The notes beneath the pieces are model-generated. The model was not told the origin of the DNA. It did not search any database and saw nothing but the letters and a program-made list of their open reading frames with translations. Shown here in pieces: positions 17,148 through 23,849 of a DNA stretch of 32,000 nucleotides. The DNA is from Pirellula staleyi DSM 6068. GTDB taxonomy: Bacteria; Planctomycetota; Planctomycetia; Pirellulales; Pirellulaceae. Made by a program: the position numbers and the translations under genes. The stretch spans positions 2,640,001 to 2,672,000 of the forward strand of contig CP001848.1 of NCBI GenBank assembly GCA_000025185.1. The letters run 5' to 3'. Positions within the stretch are counted from its first letter, which is position 1. Every line of letters starts with the position of its first letter.

Positions 17148-18938
17148 TTATTCGATGACTGCTGGCAGTGCTATCAGGTCGTCGGACTTGGGAATGTAGT
17201 AGGGCAAGTCGAGCGAGGCGATGCGGTAGGCCAGGTTGTCGAGCATGCTCTTGCGGAGCGTGGCGTCGTTCACTTCTTCGGAGAAGCTGCGCGAACTGGT
17301 GACATGCATCACCTCGCGATAGAGAGGCTGATTCACCCCCGCCGCCAGAAACTCCACCACCACTTCACCTTCCGCTTCCACGGCGGTGCGGCCGGTGTTG
17401 ACGCCGAAGAAATCGAACCGCGATTGCCGCTCGAAAATCGGCAGACGATCGCCGGCTCGTTCCGCCAGCCGAATACGAAACGCAGTTTGCTGCCCCCCTT
17501 CGAGTTTCATCTTGAACTGGGCCAGCCGCCGGTTGATTGCCTCTTGCACCTTGGTTTGTGCTTCCCCCGCATCGCCACGGAGACCAGCGAACTCGACAAT
17601 CAGGCTGGTCGAGGTGTTGGGGGCGATGTAGGCATCGGAGTCGTTCTTCATGGCGGCGAGTGTGCGATAGAGCAGCTCCCACGGAATTCGGACCGTTTCG
17701 ACAGCGGATTCTCCCTTACCAAACTTGCCGATCCAGCGGTTTTCGTCGAGAGGCTGTAGCGCCAGATCGCTACCGATGCCGCGACGAACGCTCAGCAGCG
17801 TCAGTTTCGACTGCCGCTCGACCATGCAGCCGTTGATCAGCCAACCCATGTTGCCGGGAAGCCAGAGGATGGTTTCGCGAAGTCCGTGGCGGGGGACTGA
17901 TGTCAGGATTGCATCGGCGGTGATCTTTCCTTTTTCATCCCACACCAAGAGCCGCGGCTCGGGATAGGTGGTGAACCCGGCCAGCTCTTTGCCATCGGGA
18001 GAGAAGGCGAGGGTTTCGAGTCCACCGAACGTGAAGCGGTTGTTGAGCTTCGCCTGGATGTTGTTTTGGAGGGCGCTCAGCGGAACAGGTCGCTTGGAAG
18101 CGGCGGCGACAGCGGCGACCACCGGCGACTGCATGCTGGCAACAATCTTGCTGGTGGCGGTGTTGCAGACCACCACCCCTTCATCGCCAATGGCGGCAAA
18201 GTAGCGGCCGTCGGGAGAGAAGAAGAGCTTTCGGTCGTCCCATTTGTTTTGGTAGGGGAGGGGCAATTCCTTGGCGACTTTGCCCGCCTCGCAGTCCCAC
18301 ACTTCCGCCGCGAAGGAATCGCGCGTGGCGAGAATCAGGTACTTATCGCGCGAGAAGGTGAGGGTGGTGAGCGAACTGGCCGACGACGGGAGCGGAATGC
18401 GAACTGCCAGTTTGCCGGTGGCGGTGTTCCAGACCAGCAGCTTGTAGCCACCTGCTGAATACTCCGCTTCGGCGACAAAGTAGGTGCCGAGCTGGCTCAA
18501 AATGCGAGCCGACGAGCCATGCTGCTGATAGTCGTCGTCGAGCTGCGAAATCTCGTTGCCGGTCTCGACGTTGTAGACCCGCTTACCAACCACCGCCACC
18601 TTGCAGCCGACCTGGCCCAGTGTCACCACTTCGCCCGCAGGAACCTGAATGCGAATATCCCCCTCGCTGTTGGCAGTCACTTTGGGGGCGTTGTCGGGCT
18701 TGGTTTTGAACGGATCGAAGTCGGGGAGCTGCGGCGCTGCTGGCTGCTGCTGTCCCGGTGCTGTTGGGGCAGGCGTGGATTGGGCCGCCACGCTCGAGAC
18801 AAGTGCCACCAGCGCGACCAGTGCAAGCGATCGAGTTACAAGCGATCGAGTTACAAGCGATCGGAGCAGAGCGGCGGCGCAGCGCTCGGAAGCCTGGTTT
18901 CGAGCAAGCGAATCGACATGCGAGGATCGAAGGGACAT
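17148..18938 (-). CDS. Secreted beta-propeller-like (WD40/PD40-like) protein, hypothetical
   Basis: 596 aa with signal peptide ...RSLALVALVALVSSVAAQS. It has repeated blade-like strings (LLVWNTATGK, AEVWDCEAGK, LFFSPDGRYFAAIGDEG, LAFSPDGKELAGF, LLVWDEKGK). The C-terminal ~180 aa are unassigned. Confidence 0.8.
   Translation of the reverse strand: MSLRSSHVDSLARNQASERCAAALLRSLVTRSLVTRSLALVALVALVSSVAAQSTPAPTAPGQQQPAAPQLPDFDPFKTKPDNAPKVTANSEGDIRIQVPAGEVVTLGQVGCKVAVVGKRVYNVETGNEISQLDDDYQQHGSSARILSQLGTYFVAEAEYSAGGYKLLVWNTATGKLAVRIPLPSSASSLTTLTFSRDKYLILATRDSFAAEVWDCEAGKVAKELPLPYQNKWDDRKLFFSPDGRYFAAIGDEGVVVCNTATSKIVASMQSPVVAAVAAASKRPVPLSALQNNIQAKLNNRFTFGGLETLAFSPDGKELAGFTTYPEPRLLVWDEKGKITADAILTSVPRHGLRETILWLPGNMGWLINGCMVERQSKLTLLSVRRGIGSDLALQPLDENRWIGKFGKGESAVETVRIPWELLYRTLAAMKNDSDAYIAPNTSTSLIVEFAGLRGDAGEAQTKVQEAINRRLAQFKMKLEGGQQTAFRIRLAERAGDRLPIFERQSRFDFFGVNTGRTAVEAEGEVVVEFLAAGVNQPLYREVMHVTSSRSFSEEVNDATLRKSMLDNLAYRIASLDLPYYIPKSDDLIALPAVIE
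18824..18863 (-). repeat. 15-bp in-frame tandem repeat (2.7 copies) inside the signal-peptide coding region
   Basis: The plus strand reads CAAGCGATCGAGTTA CAAGCGATCGAGTTA CAAGCGATCG. It encodes RSLVT-RSLVT-RSL. Confidence 0.85.
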
Positions 18939-19205
18939 AAGCTGCGTACTCCCACTCTCTGGCCGCCGGATGGCTGATCACTGCGTATGCTCGGTTGTAA
19001 TCTCCCCCACCCAGGCGATGCAAACGAAGCTTCGAAAAATTGATCTTGCAACGATTGCAAATTCTTTGTTACGGTCCGCACCCCCTAGAAAAAGTGGACA
19101 TCCAGCGCTGTTGTGGCGCGCTCGAGCGCGGGAAATGCTCGACGGCGCTCACGCTGCGCCAGGAGCCTGCCCCATGGCAGCTCGGCCACATTTGGCTTTG
19201 GGAAA

Positions 19206-20498
19206 ATGGCGGAACAACGGTCTACCCCAACACGCTTCGGAACCAACACCGGCATGCGCTGGGTCTACGTCTTTATCGTGCTCATCGTCTCAGCATCCTC
19301 GGCGGCTGCGCAAGGAGAACCTGCGCCCGCACCGGGCTATGGCACTCCCAGCTATCCACCGCAGGACTTTGCTTCCGCGGGCTATACCACCCCGAACTAC
19401 TCGCCTCCGAACTATCAGCAGTACGGCCCATATGCCACTGCGCCGCAGCCCGCTTACAGTCCCCCGCCGAGCTACGCCCCGGCGAACAGCATGCCAGCGA
19501 GTTACGGTGCTCCTGCGCCGTACGGTGCCCCAAGCTATGGCGCGCCGAACTACAGCAGCGCGCCGACTTATCCGGCCAGCTACCCACCTCCGACCGGCGC
19601 AGCGTATGGTCCCACGATGCAAGCGCCGCAAAACGGACAGCCGCCGGCGTACATGACGAGCGGTGGAGCAGGGGAGGTGCAGCGGATGCCCGACATCAGC
19701 ACCGAAGTGACGCAGGAAGAAATCTTCACGCCACCACCCGCAGCAGCAGCTCCCGACGGAGCGGCGCCTGACGGAGCAGCCGATTCGGCCGTGGAGTTTG
19801 AAATGGGTGAGCCCGATCCGACAAGCTGGTGGAGTCACAGCTACTGGGATCCCTGGGAAGGGAGCGTTGAACTGGGGCTCAGCGGCACCGAAGGGAACAG
19901 CGAAACGTTTAACGTTCGCGCAGGTCTCAAGGCCAAACACTCCACCGAGTTCCTCGAGCGAACTCTCGAAATCACGAGCATTCAAAAATCGGCCAATGGT
20001 GTTACCACGGCCAACACGGCCCTCATAGATGGTCGCGTGGTTTGGCCTCTGCCGCAGTCACGCTTCAACTATTTCATCCACGGACTGGTGGAGTACGACG
20101 AGTTCAAAGCGTTTGATTGCCGCGTCTCGGCCGACACCGGTCTCGGGTACGAATGGATTCAAAACGACTTAACGAAGCTGATGTCGCGAGCCGGTATCTC
20201 GGCTTCGCAAGAGATTGGTGGACCGAACGATTCGCTCAACCCCGAACTTTTGCTCGGTGGCGAGTATGAGCACAAATTCAACGATTCGCACAAAGTTTCG
20301 GCAAAGGTCGACTTCTATCCCACGATCGATGACTTCAGCGATTTTCGTCTGAACAGTCAGGCGGCGTGGGAGATCGCACTTTCGTCGGATTGGGGGCTCA
20401 GTTTGAAGCTGAGCGTGATTGATCGCTACGACAGTACACCGAGTGGTGCGAAGGCGAACGACCTCGACTACTCGACGCTGCTGATCTGGTCGTTCTAG
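19206..20498 (+). CDS. DUF481 (YdiY-like) outer-membrane beta-barrel with N-terminal Tyr/Pro-rich low-complexity region
   Basis: The track ORF starts at 19113; the ATG candidates are 19206 and 19254. The signal peptide is MRWVYVFIVLIVSASSAAAQ. The barrel part reads WEGSVELGLSGTEGNSETFNVRAGLKAKH... and ends in the aromatic terminus LLIWSF. Confidence 0.85.
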   Translation: MAEQRSTPTRFGTNTGMRWVYVFIVLIVSASSAAAQGEPAPAPGYGTPSYPPQDFASAGYTTPNYSPPNYQQYGPYATAPQPAYSPPPSYAPANSMPASYGAPAPYGAPSYGAPNYSSAPTYPASYPPPTGAAYGPTMQAPQNGQPPAYMTSGGAGEVQRMPDISTEVTQEEIFTPPPAAAAPDGAAPDGAADSAVEFEMGEPDPTSWWSHSYWDPWEGSVELGLSGTEGNSETFNVRAGLKAKHSTEFLERTLEITSIQKSANGVTTANTALIDGRVVWPLPQSRFNYFIHGLVEYDEFKAFDCRVSADTGLGYEWIQNDLTKLMSRAGISASQEIGGPNDSLNPELLLGGEYEHKFNDSHKVSAKVDFYPTIDDFSDFRLNSQAAWEIALSSDWGLSLKLSVIDRYDSTPSGAKANDLDYSTLLIWSF

Positions 20499-20611
20499 TC
20501 GCACGCTTTTTGTTCCTGCAGATCATTCACTACTCCCAGCCTGATACACGCAGCCCCCATACATACTGCTTAGTACACGCACAAAATCGACCCTCGCCCG
20601 GAGGACAATTC

Positions 20612-21955
20612 ATGCTTCGAAGACTCACAATCCCCCTGCTCGCCTTGCTGGTGTCGCAAGCACTCGCTTTGGCGGCTGTTGCGCAAACCGGGGGGCAGAT
20701 GCGGCGCAGCAGCGGCGCGTACACCGCTCCCGCCTCGTCCGAGAGCACCGTCAGCTACGACGATGTTCCGGTTGAAGGCGAAATGACCAGCAGCGACTGG
20801 GCAGGGAGCTGCAGCGACGGGACTTGCGGTCCTGAGTGTGGCATTTGCCGACCTCTCGGTGGCAGCTGGGCCCGGCTCGAAATGCTCCTTTGGACCACGC
20901 GCGGCATGAACGTGCCAGCGCTTGTCACCACCAGCAACACCGGCACGGCGCGCAACATTGCTGGCGTTCTGGGGGAAGGCTCGACACGCGTCCTCTACGG
21001 CGACGACACCGTCAACAGCTACACGCGCATCGGCGGCCGGTTCACCGGTGGTGTCTGGCTCGACGAGTGCCGCCGACTCGGTATCGAAGGTGACTACTTC
21101 GGCCTCGAGAACGAAACCGAGAACTACAGCCAAAACACCGCTGGCAACGCGATCCTCGCGCGTCCGTTCTACGACATCGTCAACGGCCAAGAGACTGCGC
21201 AGCTGGTCTCGTTTCCGAACGTGATTTCAGGCTCGGTGAATGTCGACGCTGTCACTAAGTTTCAAGGCTCGGGCATTCGCTTCATCAACAACTTGTGCGG
21301 CGCTCAAGGGTGCTGTCCTTCGATTCTGAACAACTGCAACACCGTCCCCACCAGCTACCAGGTGCAGATGCTCCTCGGCTATCGCTACCTGCGACTCGAC
21401 GACTCGCTCGAGATCACCGAGGATCTGACGTCGCTCGATACCGCCGCACCGGGCTCGTTCTTTGTGCGCGATATGTTCGAAACCGACAACCAGTTCCACG
21501 GCGGCGATATCGGATTTGTCTACTCGACGCGGCGCGGCTGTTGGTCGCTCGATATCCTTTCGAAAGTGGCGATCGGCAGCACCTACAGCCGCATTTCGAT
21601 CGACGGCAACACCCTCATCACCGAAGGGAACCAAACCACTAACAACACCGGTGGTTTGCTCGCTCAGCGAACGAACATTGGCGACTACACCGCCAACGAG
21701 TTCGCGATGGTCCCCGAACTGGGGCTCACGCTCGGCTATCAGCTGAATCCTTGCTGGCGGTTCACGATGGGCTACACGCTTCTGTACTGGAGCCGCGTGG
21801 CTCGCGCTGGGGATCAGATCGATACCGATATCAATCCCAACTTGATTCCGCCAGAAGATCCAGCGGTCACCACCCATCTGCGCCCCGAGTTCAATCTGGC
21901 CTACACCGATTTCTGGGGAACCGGGCTTAACTTGGGTCTCGAAGCGACCTGGTAG
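20612..21955 (+). CDS. BBP7-family putative outer-membrane beta-barrel protein
   Basis: ATG 20612 is preceded by GGAGG. The signal peptide is MLRRLTIPLLALLVSQALALAAVAQ. LEMLLWTTRGMNVPALVTTS is a BBP7-type start. The rest shows an alternating beta-strand pattern and ends LNLGLEATW. Confidence 0.82.
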   Translation: MLRRLTIPLLALLVSQALALAAVAQTGGQMRRSSGAYTAPASSESTVSYDDVPVEGEMTSSDWAGSCSDGTCGPECGICRPLGGSWARLEMLLWTTRGMNVPALVTTSNTGTARNIAGVLGEGSTRVLYGDDTVNSYTRIGGRFTGGVWLDECRRLGIEGDYFGLENETENYSQNTAGNAILARPFYDIVNGQETAQLVSFPNVISGSVNVDAVTKFQGSGIRFINNLCGAQGCCPSILNNCNTVPTSYQVQMLLGYRYLRLDDSLEITEDLTSLDTAAPGSFFVRDMFETDNQFHGGDIGFVYSTRRGCWSLDILSKVAIGSTYSRISIDGNTLITEGNQTTNNTGGLLAQRTNIGDYTANEFAMVPELGLTLGYQLNPCWRFTMGYTLLYWSRVARAGDQIDTDINPNLIPPEDPAVTTHLRPEFNLAYTDFWGTGLNLGLEATW

Positions 21956-21987
21956 TCCGCGGTACTCTTAGTACCTGAGCGCAAAAA

Positions 21988-22022
21988 AGAAAGCTGCGAT
22001 GAGCGTCACTCGTCGCAGCTTT
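21988..22022. terminator. Bidirectional intrinsic terminator between convergent genes
   Basis: GAAAGCTGCGATGAG-CGTCA-CTCGTCGCAGCTTTC forms a 15-bp stem with one G-U pair. It is flanked by AAAAAA upstream and TTCGTTTCTT downstream. Confidence 0.75.
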
Positions 22023-22060
22023 CTTCGTTTCTTGTAGCTAAAAAATCGTCGGCGCGTGGC

Positions 22061-23233
22061 TTACTCGTCGCGGCCGATGCGCGAGCGTTTACGCGACGAA
22101 CGTCGTGTACCCTTCACGCCCCGCTTCTTCTTCCGCTTGATCGAATCGCCGGAGCTCGAGGGTTTCTTCACCTCTTGAATCAGCAGCGAATGCCAGCCGG
22201 TGGCGTAGGTCTCAAAGCCGGGCGAGAGAGCATGCGCGACGCAGCAATTGCGGCTTCCGACATTCGTCACGACAAAATCTTTGGCCTTCGCAAACAGCTG
22301 ACCACGTTCCGAAAAATCGATCGTATCGCCGAGAATTCGGTTCCGCGAATCGGCAAGCACCGTTCCACCATCGTCGACAATGCACACCCGCGTGCGGCTC
22401 TTTTCTTCAGCCGTCAGCGAGACGCCGTTGACGATCGTTTGCGCGAGCCCTTCCCAGTTGAACACAACACCCAGCACGCCAATCGGCTTGCCATTCACGT
22501 CGCCACCTTCGCGCACGCAGCACGAATAGACCACCGTGTATTTGTCGTTCACCAGCGGACTGCGGTGCACACTCTCAAAACCAAACTCTTTGCCGCTGCG
22601 AGTCCGCAGGGCACTCTGAAACCAAATGGCGTGCGAATGTTCGGTTCCCATCGAACGGTAGAGATCGGGGCGGCCATTGGCCACAATCTTGCCGGAGAGA
22701 TCGCACAGCACGAGATCGAAATAAACGGTGTACGAATCGAGGATCACGCCGAGTCGTTTCGAAGCATGATCGAAAGCGGCTGGACTTCGCTCGGTCAGCG
22801 CGGTGACGAGGCTGGCATCGGTCGCCCACCAGCGAACATCGCACGAACGCTCGTAGAGGTTGCGATCGATCAGGTCGATGTTCATCAGCGCGATGTCGGA
22901 GAGTCGTGTGCCGTTGAACTCTGTGCCCATCCGCGTGCTGACGTTGCCGATGCGGGTCAGGGTCCGTCCGCTACGACGCTTCAGGTTCGAAACCACTTTG
23001 GCACTGGTGTTCGAGAGGCCGGCGATTTCCATCGCCACGATGTTGAACGCTTTGCCCGCTTCACCTGCCCGGGCAGCTTCGATCCGTGCATTGAGGGCCA
23101 GCACGCGAATCTGATCGTTCACGTTATCAATGGCGGCAATGGTGCGATCCATGACCGTGTCGAGCTCACGCGTGAGGTCGGCAACAGCTTCAGGGTTGAA
23201 CTTCTTTTGAGCGTCAGCCGTGGCAGCGGTCAT
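22061..23233 (-). CDS. Soluble MCP-like protein: minimal N-terminal signalling-hairpin tip plus C-terminal putative sensor domain and basic tail
   Basis: IRVLALNARIEAARAGEAGKAFNIVAMEIAGLS, at about aa 42-74, is the conserved MCP tip. There is no TM segment or HAMP domain. GGAAG lies 8 nt upstream of ATG 23233. Confidence 0.85.
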   Translation of the reverse strand: MTAATADAQKKFNPEAVADLTRELDTVMDRTIAAIDNVNDQIRVLALNARIEAARAGEAGKAFNIVAMEIAGLSNTSAKVVSNLKRRSGRTLTRIGNVSTRMGTEFNGTRLSDIALMNIDLIDRNLYERSCDVRWWATDASLVTALTERSPAAFDHASKRLGVILDSYTVYFDLVLCDLSGKIVANGRPDLYRSMGTEHSHAIWFQSALRTRSGKEFGFESVHRSPLVNDKYTVVYSCCVREGGDVNGKPIGVLGVVFNWEGLAQTIVNGVSLTAEEKSRTRVCIVDDGGTVLADSRNRILGDTIDFSERGQLFAKAKDFVVTNVGSRNCCVAHALSPGFETYATGWHSLLIQEVKKPSSSGDSIKRKKKRGVKGTRRSSRKRSRIGRDE

Positions 23234-23551
23234 AACGGCAGCTTCCTATCGAAAATCGGTTGCGAATGACCCACATCGAAGTGGGTGGTACGAGTAACGA
23301 ATCCCCCGCATGGCGGCAACGGACGCCACACACGCAAGTCAGGCAACCGTAGCTTGCAAAAAGTGCGCAAGGGTTGTCGAAGCAGATCTGAGCCGAGAAT
23401 TTTCGGACTTTCTCAGCTTTTACACGTTCTTCACAAACGGCGACCTGGCCTGTCGTGGTCGGTAAAGCAGGGGGGCGACCTCATCCACTAGCGGTGGCAT
23501 CCAGAACTTCTATCCGGTTTCTGAGGCCGACCTCCACTTTGTTGACGAATT

Positions 23552-23580
23552 GCAACTTGCCACCCCGCTGGCGTGGTCTA
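23552..23580 (+). promoter_or_regulatory. Shared cis-element, copy upstream of cheA
   Basis: TTGACGAAT-N8-GCCAC-CCC-GCTGGCGTG-G-TCTA. It is collinear with the copy at 27510..27544. Confidence 0.4.
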
Positions 23581-23849
23581 AGTTTTCGAAGCTTCGGGCC
23601 CGGAAGCGTTGCTGCGCACTCTCCCGCACACTTGCCGGACCCCAGCCTGCGGATTGACTCAGGGGCAAATCGCTTGCCATTAGAGGCTGCGAAAGCGGGC
23701 CCTATCGCCACCCGGTGCGGCCCCCTGAGACCACTGACTCGTAAGGGTAGAGGACGAGAAAAAAGAGTGCAAAACGACTGTAAAAACGACCAAAACGTCC
23801 GTTTGTCAGCCGTCACTGCCAGCGATGATTTTGTAGCCAGGAACCTGCC

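Noticed and set aside
22175-23269. 364-aa plus-strand ORF antisense to the MCP-like gene
   Set aside because: The minus strand carries the conserved MCP tip sequence and a ribosome-binding site. The antisense product has no features.
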